From positions 186,001 through 250,000 of the forward strand of contig NZ_JAJQXW010000004.1 of assembly GCF_021246445.1 (NCBI RefSeq): a stretch of DNA of 64,000 bases, read 5' to 3'. Position 1 is the stretch's first letter; the number at the start of each line of letters is the position of its first letter. The DNA comes from Rhabdothermincola salaria. Its GTDB lineage: Bacteria > Actinomycetota > Acidimicrobiia > Acidimicrobiales > Acidimicrobilacustridaceae. The translations under genes and the position numbers were made by a program. The notes beneath the pieces were generated by a model. That model was not told the origin of the DNA, did not search any database, and saw only the letters and a program-made list of their open reading frames with translations. Shown piece by piece: positions 10,385 through 20,102 of this stretch.

Positions 10385-11800
10385 GTGACCGTCACCGCCC
10401 GTGACCTGTTCCGCGACCGTCAGGTGGTCGCCGCGCTCGTCACCACCCTGGGGGCCACCGCGGCGGCGGTCACCCAGGTCACCGCCCTCGGGATCCTCGT
10501 CTACGACCTCACCGGACGAGAGCTGGACCTGGGCCTGTTGGGCCTGGCCGAGTTCCTCCCCGCCATCGTCCTCGTCCTCGTCACCGGCGCGGTGGCCGAC
10601 CGCCTGGACCGCCGCCACGTCATCGTGGGCGGGCTGGTGGGCGAGGTCGCCTGCTCGGCCGCCCTGGTCGCCCTCGTCCAGTCCGGCAACCGCTCGGCGA
10701 CCCCGATCTTCGCCGTCGTCGTGGTGTTCGGCGTGGCTCGGGCGTTCCTGGCGCCGGCCACCCGCTCGCTCACGGCCGACAACGCACCGCCGGGTGGCCT
10801 GCCCCGTCTCGTCGCCTTCAACGCCGCCACCTGGCAGGTGGCGCTCATCGGCGGTCCGGTCATCGCCGGGGTGCTCTACACGGTGGGGCCGTCGTGGCCC
10901 TTCGTGGCCTGCATGGTCATGGCCGGGGTGGGGGCCGTCGCCGTGGCCTTCACCCACCCGACCGACCACACCCGCGAGATCGATCACGGCGACGCGGCCG
11001 CGAGCCCTTCCATCGAGGACTCGCCCGCCGGCGGACTGGTCGACCTGGCCGACGAGGCCCGCCCGGCCGAGGCGCTCGACGTGCTCGGCGAAGCCTCCGC
11101 CGAGGGCGTCATGGCCGGCCACGACGAGGGGACCGCGGGCCCCACGGTGGCCACCGAGCCCCGGGCCCGCCTGCGCCAGGCCGTCGAGGGCCTGGTGGTC
11201 ATCCGCCGTCATCCGGTGCTGCTCGGCGCCATCTCGCTCGACCTGTTCGCCGTGCTCTTCGGCGGCGCCGTCGCGCTGCTGCCGGCGATCGCCCGCGACC
11301 GGCTCGGGGTCGACGCCAGCGGGGTGGGCTGGCTGCGCGCCGCCGGCGGCATCGGGGCGGCGGCCACGACCCTCTGGCTGACGGTCCGCCCGGTGCAGCG
11401 TCGGGTCGGCACCACCTTGTTCGCCATGGTGGCGTTGTTCGGGGTGGGCACCATCGTCCTCGGCCTCACCCGCAGCTTCGCCGTGGCCTTCGCCGCCATG
11501 CTCGTGCTGAGCGCCGCCGACGCCGTGAGCGTCTACATCCGCTCCACGATCGTGCCGCTGGTGACCCCGGCGGCTGCTCGCGGCCGGGTGCTCGCCGTCG
11601 AGGGGGTGTTCGTCGGTGCCTCCAACGAACTCGGCGCGTTCGAGTCCGGCGTCGTGGCCGCCCTGCTCGGCACGACCGTCGCCGTGGTGTCGGGCGGCAC
11701 CGCCACCCTCGCCGTCGTCGGCATCTGGATGGTGGCCTTCCCCGCCCTGCGCCGGATCGACCGCTTCAGCGACCTGCGCCCCGACGCCACCCGGCGCTGA
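10385..11800 (+). CDS. MFS transporter (MFS_3 / macrolide-efflux-like)
   Basis: GAVADRLDRR motif A, LDLFAVLFGGAVALLP, GASNELGAFESG; long acidic central loop. Confidence 0.9.
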   Translation: MTVTARDLFRDRQVVAALVTTLGATAAAVTQVTALGILVYDLTGRELDLGLLGLAEFLPAIVLVLVTGAVADRLDRRHVIVGGLVGEVACSAALVALVQSGNRSATPIFAVVVVFGVARAFLAPATRSLTADNAPPGGLPRLVAFNAATWQVALIGGPVIAGVLYTVGPSWPFVACMVMAGVGAVAVAFTHPTDHTREIDHGDAAASPSIEDSPAGGLVDLADEARPAEALDVLGEASAEGVMAGHDEGTAGPTVATEPRARLRQAVEGLVVIRRHPVLLGAISLDLFAVLFGGAVALLPAIARDRLGVDASGVGWLRAAGGIGAAATTLWLTVRPVQRRVGTTLFAMVALFGVGTIVLGLTRSFAVAFAAMLVLSAADAVSVYIRSTIVPLVTPAAARGRVLAVEGVFVGASNELGAFESGVVAALLGTTVAVVSGGTATLAVVGIWMVAFPALRRIDRFSDLRPDATRR

Positions 11801-11833
11801 GTGCACGGACGTCGCTCGGGGCCCGCAGATCGG

Positions 11834-12691
11834 TCAGGCGATGGACCACTTCCCGGTGAGGGTGCGTCCGGTGACGACGCCCTCGGAAGCCAGCTTCAGC
11901 AGGTGAGCGTGCACCGAGTAGCGCGCCACGGCGTACCGCTCGGGGTCCACGTCGGTGTAGATGTCGGGCACCAGCACGTCGATCTTGGCCGTGCCTCGGG
12001 CCCGGAGCGCGTCGAGCACCATCTGCTCGCGCTCCACCCGATGGTCGATGTACCACTGCAGCGCGGGCTTCGGATCCTCGATGAGGTGCCCGTGGCCCGG
12101 GGCGATGGACTTGAGGCGCAGGGCCTTCACCTTCTCCAGCGACTCGAGGTAGGCGGCCATGTCGCCGTCCGGCGGCTTGATGACGACCGTCGATCCCTCC
12201 ATCACGTGGTCGCCGGTGAAGAGCATCCGCTCCTCCTCCAGCATGTAGCAGAGGTGGTTGGAGGCGTGACCGGGGGTGTGGTGGGCGGTGAGCCGGAACT
12301 CGGTCGCCTCGAGGCGGTACCCGTGAGCGATGCGCCGGTCGACCTTGAGGCCGTCGCGGCTGCCGTAGGCCAGGATCTCGGCACCGGTATGCGCGGCCAA
12401 CGCCGCCGCACCGGGAGCGTGGTCCGGGTGGGTGTGGGTGCACAGGATCCACCGGATGCGGTCACCGCCGCAGCCGGCGATGGCCTCGAGGTGGTCGGCG
12501 TCGTCGGGTCCGGGGTCGATGACCGCGATCTCGTCGATGCCCACCAGATAGGTGTTGGTGCCGGGGCCCGTCATCATCCCGGCGTTGGCGGCCACGATGC
12601 GACGGACCAGGGGGGACAGGGCGCGGGCCACGCCCGGCACGATCGGTGGCGGTCCGGGGGCCTCGTCGGCCTCGTCGACGGCATCGGCCAT
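11834..12691 (-). CDS. MBL-fold hydrolase (LACTB2-like)
   Basis: MTGPGTNTYLVG, THTHPDH, TPGHASNH, TGDH, PGHG; C-terminal winged helix AHLLKL. Confidence 0.92.
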   Translation of the reverse strand: MADAVDEADEAPGPPPIVPGVARALSPLVRRIVAANAGMMTGPGTNTYLVGIDEIAVIDPGPDDADHLEAIAGCGGDRIRWILCTHTHPDHAPGAAALAAHTGAEILAYGSRDGLKVDRRIAHGYRLEATEFRLTAHHTPGHASNHLCYMLEEERMLFTGDHVMEGSTVVIKPPDGDMAAYLESLEKVKALRLKSIAPGHGHLIEDPKPALQWYIDHRVEREQMVLDALRARGTAKIDVLVPDIYTDVDPERYAVARYSVHAHLLKLASEGVVTGRTLTGKWSIA

Positions 12692-12692
12692 G

Positions 12693-13619
12693 TCAGCTCG
12701 ACTCCCTCTCGTCGCTCGCGGAGCGTTGTGCCCGGCGGCGAGCCATCAGCGCCATGTCGTCGACGCCGACCCGCGGCGAGCCCCCGGCCGGTCCCACGTC
12801 TTCGTAGCCGTGGTCGCCCGGGACCAGGAGTCGCAGCTCGCCATCGGGCGCGGTGGTGAACCGGGGCAGGATGGCGGAGATCTCGGTGATGGCGTCGGCG
12901 GCGGCCAACGCGTCGGCCGCGGTGGGGTGCGCTTCGAGCCACTCCAGGCTGCGCAGGGTGGGGAAGATCATCTCCATCTCACCGGCGCGGTGACGGGCCA
13001 GGGCGTCGGCGGGACGCACCCAGACGTTGGCGATGACCTCTCGGTCGTCGTGCAGGGCCACCTGGTGGTCGGGGGCCCGAGCGACGAAGAAGCGGGTGTC
13101 GTAGCGGCGAGGAGCCCCTACGGGCGTGATCCACCGGCTCACGTAGCGCAGGTCGTCGACCGCCAGATCGACCCCCTCTTCGTGGCAGATCTCGACGAGA
13201 CGACGTTCGCCGCGGTCGACGGTGAGGCGGTGGGTGGCGAACCTGGCCTCGACATCGGGCTCGTCGAAGCGCAGCAGCTCACGCTGGCCTCGTCGGCGGG
13301 CCAGGAGCACGCCGGCCTCCTCGAAGCTCTCGCGCAGGGCGGCCACCCAGAACGCCAGCCCACCCTGGGCCACGCCGACGCGGGTCGAGGCCGCAGCATC
13401 GTCGAGACCGCAGCACACCGCACCCACCTCGGGGCGGCGGTCGTGGTCGTCGACCCCACCGCCGGGGAAGACGTAGGCCCCACCGACGAAGTCGGACCGG
13501 AGGTTGCGACGCAGCATGCAGACCTCGAGCCCGGCGTCGGCGTCGCGCACCAGCATGAGGGTGGAGGCGTCGCGCACCGGCACCGAGGCGACGTCGACAC
13601 GGTTCGCAGTGAGGCTCAT
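12693..13619 (-). CDS. NUDIX hydrolase (Nudt19-like)
   Basis: FVGGAYVFPGG, split Nudix box AALRESFEEAG, WITP...RRYDTRFF, FPT. Confidence 0.88.
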   Translation of the reverse strand: MSLTANRVDVASVPVRDASTLMLVRDADAGLEVCMLRRNLRSDFVGGAYVFPGGGVDDHDRRPEVGAVCCGLDDAAASTRVGVAQGGLAFWVAALRESFEEAGVLLARRRGQRELLRFDEPDVEARFATHRLTVDRGERRLVEICHEEGVDLAVDDLRYVSRWITPVGAPRRYDTRFFVARAPDHQVALHDDREVIANVWVRPADALARHRAGEMEMIFPTLRSLEWLEAHPTAADALAAADAITEISAILPRFTTAPDGELRLLVPGDHGYEDVGPAGGSPRVGVDDMALMARRRAQRSASDERESS

Positions 13620-14098
13620 CGGCCACCACCGAGCGGCGGCGGGCCGTCGTCGGAGGGACGGTCGGTGGGGGTGACGTCGCCCACGAACTCGACGTCGACG
13701 ATACGACCCCGCCCGGCCAGGCCGCCGGCGGCGAGGCCCGACCGGCGCTCCCAGCGCCGGATGAGCCGGTTGCGCAGCAACGCTCGCACGGGGGGCACGA
13801 CGAGCAGCAGCCCGAGCGCGTCGGTCACGAAGCCGGGGACCACCAACATGGATCCGGCGGCGAGGAGCAGGGCGCCGTCGACCATCTCGCGAGCGGGCAG
13901 ATCGCCGGACTGCAGGGTGGCCTGGGTGCGGCGCAGCACGCCGATCCCCTCGCGCCGCACCAGCCAGGCCCCGGCGAAGCTGATGACCAGCAACAAGGCG
14001 ATGGTGGGCAGGGCCCCGATCTCGGACGCCACGGCCACGATGACGTACAGCTCGACGAGCGGGACGACCACGAAGAGCACGAAGAGCAGGCCGACCAT
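13616..14098 (-). CDS. fxsA: FxsA family membrane protein
   Basis: VPLVELYVI...GALPT...PGFVTDALGLLLVVPPVR. Confidence 0.9.
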   Translation of the reverse strand: MVGLLFVLFVVVPLVELYVIVAVASEIGALPTIALLLVISFAGAWLVRREGIGVLRRTQATLQSGDLPAREMVDGALLLAAGSMLVVPGFVTDALGLLLVVPPVRALLRNRLIRRWERRSGLAAGGLAGRGRIVDVEFVGDVTPTDRPSDDGPPPLGGGR

Positions 14099-14160
14099 GG
14101 CGTCCCATCCTACCGGCCGACCCCCGTTCTCCCCGGGCGGCGGCCCCTATCCTCGGCGCC

Positions 14161-15567
14161 GTGGACGATCCCGCCGAACCCCGCGCCGACCGGCACCCGC
14201 CCGTCGGCGGCGGTCCCGATGGGACCGGGGGCCGCCCCGCCACGACGGTCGGCGAGCCCGGCCGGCCCCCCTCGATCGACGCCCTGGCCCGCTCGCTGGC
14301 CGGCACCGGGTTGCCGCACCCGGTCCTCGTCGAGGTGGCCCGCGAGGCGGTGGCCGCCGGCGACGCGGCGTCGGCCGCCGCCCGGGCCGACGAACGCTCC
14401 CGACGTCTCCTGCGACCGGTCGTCAACGCCACCGGCGTGCTGCTGCACACCAACATGGGCCGGGCCCCGCTGGGCCACACCCAGCCGGAGGGCTACACGA
14501 ACCTCGAGTTGGACCTCACCTCCGGCGAGCGGGGTTCCCGCCACGACCACGTCGGCGCCCTGCTGGCGACCGCCTGCGGGGCGCAGGCCGCCATCGTGGT
14601 GAACAACGGGGCGGCCGCGGTCTTGTTGGCGCTGGCCGCCCTCGCCCGCGACCGCGACGTGGTGGTCTCGCGCGGCGAGCTCGTCGAGATCGGCGGCGGG
14701 TTCCGCATCCCCGAGGTCATGGCCACGTCCGGCTGCCGACTGGTCGAGGTGGGGACCACCAACCGCACCCGCCTGGCCGACGTGCGAGCGGCGGTCGACG
14801 CACCCCAGGCCGACGTGGCCGTCCTGCTCAAGGTGCACCAGAGCAACTACCGCATCACCGGGTTCACCGAGGCGGTCGGGGTGGCCGAGCTGGCCGCGGT
14901 CGGGCCGCCCGTGGTGGTCGACCTCGGTTCGGGCCTGCTCGACGCCGCCTGCCCGTGGCTGGCCGACGGCCCACCGGCGTGGCTGCGCTCCGAGCCCGCC
15001 GTGCGCCAGACCCTCGCCGCCGGCGCCGACCTCGTCGTGATCTCCGGCGACAAGCTCCTCGGGGGACCTCAGGCCGGCGTCATCGCCGGGTCCCCGGAGC
15101 TCGTGGCCCGCTGCGCGGCCCACCCCCTGGCCCGGGCCCTGCGCCCCGGAGGCCTGGTGCTCGGCGCCCTCCAGGAGGTGGCCCTGGCCTACCTGCGCCG
15201 CGACGCGGGCGCCCTCCCCTTCTGGCGGATGGCCACCCTGGACACCGACACCCTGCAGCGTCGGGCCCAGACCATCGTCGACTCGCTGGCGACCGCAGCC
15301 CCCGCCCCCACGACGGATCGAGCTGCCGAGGTGGTCCGGTGCGCCTCGGTGACCGGTGGGGGCACCCTCCCGGGGATCGAGATCCCGTCGGTCGGGGTGG
15401 CCGTGCCCGGCGACCGGCGAACGATCCTCCGATCGGGCCGACCCCCGATCGTGGCGCGGGTGGAGGACGGACGCACGGTGTGCGACCTGCGCACCGTCGA
15501 CCCGGCCCACGACGAGGCCCTCGTCGACGCGCTGGCTCGCGCCCTGGCCGATCCGGGCGGCTCGTGA
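14161..15567 (+). CDS. selA: L-seryl-tRNA(Sec) selenium transferase
   Basis: NATGVLLHTNMGRAPL, SRGELVEIGGGFRIPEV, EVGTTNRT, SGDKLLGGPQAG (PLP lysine). Confidence 0.96.
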   Translation: MDDPAEPRADRHPPVGGGPDGTGGRPATTVGEPGRPPSIDALARSLAGTGLPHPVLVEVAREAVAAGDAASAAARADERSRRLLRPVVNATGVLLHTNMGRAPLGHTQPEGYTNLELDLTSGERGSRHDHVGALLATACGAQAAIVVNNGAAAVLLALAALARDRDVVVSRGELVEIGGGFRIPEVMATSGCRLVEVGTTNRTRLADVRAAVDAPQADVAVLLKVHQSNYRITGFTEAVGVAELAAVGPPVVVDLGSGLLDAACPWLADGPPAWLRSEPAVRQTLAAGADLVVISGDKLLGGPQAGVIAGSPELVARCAAHPLARALRPGGLVLGALQEVALAYLRRDAGALPFWRMATLDTDTLQRRAQTIVDSLATAAPAPTTDRAAEVVRCASVTGGGTLPGIEIPSVGVAVPGDRRTILRSGRPPIVARVEDGRTVCDLRTVDPAHDEALVDALARALADPGGS

Positions 15568-17309
15568 CCGACGGTGCCGTGGTGCGGGTGGTGGCCACCG
15601 CCGGGCACGTCGACCACGGCAAGTCGACGTTGGTGCAGGCCCTCACCGGCACCGACCCCGACCGCTGGGCCGAGGAGAAGGCCCGCGGCCTCACCATCGA
15701 CCTCGGGTTCGCCTCCGCCCGGCTGCCCTCCGGTGCGACCGTCGCCTTCGTCGACGTCCCCGGGCACACCCGGTTCCTGAAGAACATGCTGGCCGGGGTG
15801 GGGGCGGTGCAGGCGTGCGTCTTCGTCGTGGCGGCCACCGAGGGGTGGAAACCCCAGAGCGAGGAGCACCTCCGGATCCTCGACCTCCTCGGCGTGGAGC
15901 ACGGCCTCGTCGCCCTCACCAAGGTCGGGCTGGTCGACGACGACACCGCCGAGCTGGCGGTCCTCGAGCTGGCCGAGCGGGTGGCCGGGACCTTCCTCGC
16001 CGACGCCGAGGTCGTCCCCGTCGATGCCGTCCACGGGACCGGGCTCCCCGCGCTCACCGCCGCGCTCGACCGGCTGGTGAGGGCCACCCCACCGGCCCCC
16101 GACCGGGGCCGGCCCCGTCTGTGGGTCGACCGCAGCTTCGCGCCGAAGGGGGCGGGCACGGTGGTCACCGGCACGCTCGGGCACGGCGCCCTGGCGGTCG
16201 ACGACGAGGTGGTGGTCCTGCCGTCCCGCCGCCCGGCGCGGATCCGCCGCCTGCAGTCCCTCCACGTCGACGTCGACCGCATCGGACCCGGTACCCGGGT
16301 GGCGGTCAACCTCAGCGGGATCGACCATGGCGACGTGGGCCGCGGGGATGCCCTGGTGACCCAGGACGGGTGGCACACCACGACCACGGTGGATGCCCTG
16401 CTCACCACCCTGCCCACGCTCGGCCATCCCGTCTCCCGGCGAGGGGCCCATCTGCTCCACCTGGGCAGCGGCGAGCTCCCCGTGCGCCTCCGGGTGCTGG
16501 GCGACGATGCCATCGAGCCCGGCGCCACCGCCCCCGTCCGCGTCCACCTACCCCGCCCCCTCCCCCTGGTGCCCGGCGATCGGTTCGTGCTGCGCGACGC
16601 CGGACGAGGCGAGACCGTGGGCGGCGGGGAGGTGCTCGACGTCGACCCCGTCCGGCCGGCGTCGCACGCCCGCCCCGACCGCAGCATCGATCGGGTCGTC
16701 GCCGAACGGGGGTGGGTCGAGGTCGAGCACCTCGAACGGCTCACCGGCGTGCACCGCGCCCCCGACGTGGGACGTTGGACCGTCGACCCCGCCGAGCTGG
16801 CCCGCACCCGCGAGGAGCTGCGCGGGGCGGTGGCCGCCGCCGGTCCCCACGGTCTCGACCTGGCCCCGATGGACGAACGGCGCCGGGCGGTGCTCGACAC
16901 CCTCGACGACGTGGTCCGTGACGCAGGGCGGGCCCGCGTCGCGGCGGAGGATCACGCCGAGCCCTTCGCCGATCACCCGTGGTTGGCCGCCGTCGAGGCC
17001 GAACCCTTCGCGCCGCCTCCACCCGACGGCGTCGAGCCCTCTGACCTCCAGGCCCTCACCCGGGCCGGGCTGGTGGTGCGCACCGGTTCCGTGTGGTTCG
17101 CGGCGTCGGCGATCGAGACTGCGGCCGCCCGGGTGGCCGACCTGTTGGCCACCCGACCCGAAGGCGTCACCGTGGCCGAGGTGCGCGAGGCCCTGGGAAC
17201 CTCCCGCAAGTACGTGATCCCGCTGCTCACCCACTTCGACGAGACCGGCCGGACCCGACGGCGGGGCGATCACCGCATCGCCGGACCCCGCTTGGCCGTC
17301 GGGCGGTGA
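15564..17309 (+). CDS. selB: Selenocysteine-specific translation elongation factor
   Basis: TAGHVDHGKST, RGLTIDLGF, DVPGH, C-terminal SECIS-binding winged helix LGTSRKYVIPLL; GTGA overlap with selA. Confidence 0.95.
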   Translation: MTDGAVVRVVATAGHVDHGKSTLVQALTGTDPDRWAEEKARGLTIDLGFASARLPSGATVAFVDVPGHTRFLKNMLAGVGAVQACVFVVAATEGWKPQSEEHLRILDLLGVEHGLVALTKVGLVDDDTAELAVLELAERVAGTFLADAEVVPVDAVHGTGLPALTAALDRLVRATPPAPDRGRPRLWVDRSFAPKGAGTVVTGTLGHGALAVDDEVVVLPSRRPARIRRLQSLHVDVDRIGPGTRVAVNLSGIDHGDVGRGDALVTQDGWHTTTTVDALLTTLPTLGHPVSRRGAHLLHLGSGELPVRLRVLGDDAIEPGATAPVRVHLPRPLPLVPGDRFVLRDAGRGETVGGGEVLDVDPVRPASHARPDRSIDRVVAERGWVEVEHLERLTGVHRAPDVGRWTVDPAELARTREELRGAVAAAGPHGLDLAPMDERRRAVLDTLDDVVRDAGRARVAAEDHAEPFADHPWLAAVEAEPFAPPPPDGVEPSDLQALTRAGLVVRTGSVWFAASAIETAAARVADLLATRPEGVTVAEVREALGTSRKYVIPLLTHFDETGRTRRRGDHRIAGPRLAVGR

Positions 17310-17336
17310 CGCCTCGACCCCGCGCCACCCGACCAC

Positions 17337-17426
17337 AAAAATGCCCCGACGCCGGGGCGGACGTGAGTCCGCACTCCGGCGTCGGGTACACAGCGATCCA
17401 CCCGTCCCCCCGAACGGGTGGATCGC
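17337..17426 (-). terminator. Double-hairpin intrinsic terminator between convergent selB and whiB
   Basis: 13-bp perfect stem gcgatccacccgt/acgggtggatcgc plus a longer bulged stem at about 17345-17386, followed by TTTTT on the minus strand. Confidence 0.75.
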
Positions 17427-17438
17427 AGGGCTCGAGCG

Positions 17439-17702
17439 TCAGCCTGCTCGTTGAGTGAGCAGCTGCTTGCGCTCCAGTTCGTTGAGGCCGCCCCAGATGC
17501 CGTGGGGCTCACGGATCGAGATGGCGTAGTCGAGGCACTCCGACTTCACCGAGCAGGAGGTGCAGATCTCCTTGGCTCGGCTCTCACGGAAGATCTTGTC
17601 GTCCTTGCGCTCGAACTGCGGAGGAGGGAAGAAGACCGCCGCCTGCGGTCCTCGACACGCCGCCTTGAGCTGCCAGGAATCGTCGCTGCGCTGCGCACTC
17701 AC
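17439..17702 (-). CDS. WhiB-family Fe-S transcriptional regulator (WhiB3/WhiD-like)
   Basis: W..AAC, C..C.....C and GIWGG with four Cys; GTG start at 17702. Confidence 0.93.
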   Translation of the reverse strand: MSAQRSDDSWQLKAACRGPQAAVFFPPPQFERKDDKIFRESRAKEICTSCSVKSECLDYAISIREPHGIWGGLNELERKQLLTQRAG

Positions 17703-17778
17703 TCGTCCTGACCCCCTTTCCCGGTTGGCGAACTTACCGCCGGTCCTGGGGCAGAACAAGGGATTTTTGCGACGGATG

Positions 17779-19104
17779 TCACTCGGCCGGAGCGTCACCC
17801 GCTTCACCGGAGGCGCCCTTGGGCCGACGTTCGCGGTAGTCGCGGGCCGCGCCCTCTTCGGGTTCGACCTCGAGCACGAGCCCGTCGATCCCCACCACGC
17901 GCACCCGATCGAGCTCCTCGATCGGCGTGGCCCGGTTGGTGGACGCCCGCCACAGGGCCTCGCGGATCTGCACCACCCCGTCGGGATCGACGCTCGAGAC
18001 GGCCCGTCCCATCTCGCCGATCATCCACTCACGGCCGATGGTCGGCGTCGAGAACCGGGTGCGCACCATCGACGGCATGCCGCCGACGAACGCCAGCACG
18101 ACGCCGACGATGCCCACCACCAGGGTGATCCACGACAGCGACAGGCCGTCGAACAGGAAGATCGACGACACCGCGAACATCACCACGCCGGCGCCGGTCC
18201 AGAAGCGGGGGACGCCCGTCTGGACGTCGACCGCGAAGGCCAGCATGGACGCCACCAGCAGCGCCAGGGCCCACCACCGCACGGGCAGGATGGCCAGGCC
18301 GTAGCAGGCCAGGACGAAGGACCCCGCCCCGACCACGCCGGCCACACCGACGCCGGCGGTGAAGAGCTCGAAGATCATGAGGGCCAGGCCCACGGTGATC
18401 AGCAGGTAGGCGACCGCCGGGCTGGCGACGGTGTGCATCATCTGGTCGACGAGCGAGAGCTGACCGAACTGGACCTGGGTGACGGGCTCGCGTCGGGTCT
18501 GGTCGCCCTGGGTGATCTCGCGGGTCTCGACCTCGGGCAGGTTGACGAGGAAGTCGCCGATGGTGGGGGCCTCGACGGTGGTGACCCCGAGCTCGGCCGC
18601 CTCCTGGGAGCTGACGGTGCGGTCGGCGATGAGGGCCAGGCGCTGCTCGTCGAGGGTGTCGGTGAGCGGCACCCCCGCGTTGCCGAGACGGGTGCCCGGC
18701 GCCATGCCGACCTCGCCGGCGGCGCCGACCAGCTGGGCGGCGGTGCCGGTGAGGTTGGAGCCCGACGGTCCGACCCACACGTCGACGGGCACCGAGGCCG
18801 ACCCCATGCGTTCGAGCAGCTGCACCATGCGGCTGTCGTCGACGACGACGCCGGTGGAGTTCACCTGCAGCACGAGGGCCACCGCCCCTTCCTCCTCGGC
18901 CTCGCCGATGGAGGTGGTCACGAAGTCCACCATCACGGGGTCGAGCAGGCCGCTGACCTTGACGACGGCGACGTAGCCGGCATCGGAGCCGGTGGTGGGT
19001 CCCCCGTCGCTGTCCTGGGCCGCGGCCGCACCGACGGGGCCCACCAGGGCGAGCACGACCCCCAGCATGGCCACCACGGCGCCGGTCACCGATAGTCTGC
19101 GCAC
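17779..19104 (-). CDS. NfeD-family membrane protein
   Basis: Signal peptide, ClpP-like N-domain, TM bundle (IFELFTAG), C-terminal OB fold (GVVQIREALWRA); GGAGG RBS upstream of GTG 19104. Confidence 0.85.
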   Translation of the reverse strand: MRRLSVTGAVVAMLGVVLALVGPVGAAAAQDSDGGPTTGSDAGYVAVVKVSGLLDPVMVDFVTTSIGEAEEEGAVALVLQVNSTGVVVDDSRMVQLLERMGSASVPVDVWVGPSGSNLTGTAAQLVGAAGEVGMAPGTRLGNAGVPLTDTLDEQRLALIADRTVSSQEAAELGVTTVEAPTIGDFLVNLPEVETREITQGDQTRREPVTQVQFGQLSLVDQMMHTVASPAVAYLLITVGLALMIFELFTAGVGVAGVVGAGSFVLACYGLAILPVRWWALALLVASMLAFAVDVQTGVPRFWTGAGVVMFAVSSIFLFDGLSLSWITLVVGIVGVVLAFVGGMPSMVRTRFSTPTIGREWMIGEMGRAVSSVDPDGVVQIREALWRASTNRATPIEELDRVRVVGIDGLVLEVEPEEGAARDYRERRPKGASGEAGDAPAE

Positions 19105-19127
19105 CGAAGGTCCTCCGAGGAGTGTGA

Positions 19128-20102
19128 GTGGATCCTGCGCAGTTCTTCGCAGCATCGCGCCTGCTCATCGTGGCCGGGAAGGGGGGCGTGGGCAAAAGCA
19201 CGGTGAGCGCGGCCCTGGCCCGCACCGCGGCCCGCGCCGGTCTGTCGACCCTCGTCGTGGAGGTCGAGGGCAAGAGCGGGTTGTCCAGGCTGTTCGGCCG
19301 GCCGAGCTTCGGCTACGACGAGGTGGTGCTGTCCCCCGGTGGCGGACCGGGCGGCGACGCCGATGTCCGGGCCCGCACCCTGACCCCCGACGACGCCCTC
19401 CTCGAGTACCTGGCCGACCACGGGATGCACCGGATCAGCCGACGGCTGACCTCCTCGGGTGCCCTCGACGTGGTGGCCACCGCCGCACCCGGCATCAAGG
19501 ACATCCTCGTGCTGGGCAAGGTCAAGCAGCTCGAACGCGAGGGGGTCGCCGACCTCGTCGTCCTCGACGCCCCCGCGGCCGGCCACGCCATCTCCTTCCT
19601 GCGCTCCGCCCGGGGGCTGCTCGACGCCGTGCGGATGGGCCCCATCCGCACCCAGGCCGCCGACGTGCTGGAGATGCTCACCGATCCGCAGCGGTGCCAG
19701 GTGGTGCTGGTGACGCTGCCCGAGGAGACGCCGGTGAACGAGCTCGTCGAGACGGCCTTCAGCCTCGAGGACGAGGTCGGCGTGAGCCTCGGGCCGGTGG
19801 TGGTCAACGCCCTCTACCCCACCCGTGGCGGCCTCGACGTCGACCCGGTCGAGGCCGCCGCCGCCGCCGGCGCGGCCCTCCACGCCGGTGAGGCCGAGTC
19901 CCTCGCGGCGGCGGCGCGCTTCCGGCGAGCCCGCACCGCGCTGCAGGCCGAGCAGATCGAACGGCTCGCCGGCGCGCTCCCCCTGCCCCAGCTCCACCTC
20001 CCGTTCCTCTTCTCCACCGACCTGGGCCCGGTCGACGTCGACACCCTCGCCGACGTCCTCTCCACCCAGATCGAGGGCCTGACCCCCCTCCCCGAGCGAT
20101 GA
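19128..20102 (+). CDS. ArsA/Get3-family ATPase (Rv3679-like)
   Basis: GKGGVGKST deviant Walker A, APGIKDILVLGKV, DAPAAGH, LPEETPVNE. Confidence 0.9.
   Translation: MDPAQFFAASRLLIVAGKGGVGKSTVSAALARTAARAGLSTLVVEVEGKSGLSRLFGRPSFGYDEVVLSPGGGPGGDADVRARTLTPDDALLEYLADHGMHRISRRLTSSGALDVVATAAPGIKDILVLGKVKQLEREGVADLVVLDAPAAGHAISFLRSARGLLDAVRMGPIRTQAADVLEMLTDPQRCQVVLVTLPEETPVNELVETAFSLEDEVGVSLGPVVVNALYPTRGGLDVDPVEAAAAAGAALHAGEAESLAAAARFRRARTALQAEQIERLAGALPLPQLHLPFLFSTDLGPVDVDTLADVLSTQIEGLTPLPER

Noticed and set aside
12552..17309. 1585-aa track ORF suggesting a giant SelB fusion
   Set aside because: Only 15564-17309 resembles SelB; the upstream part is a stop-free shadow frame over NUDIX, fxsA and selA, typical of high-GC DNA
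17310..17438. tRNA-Sec (selC) after selB
   Set aside because: Two separate hairpins; no cloverleaf, TCA anticodon loop or T-arm consensus
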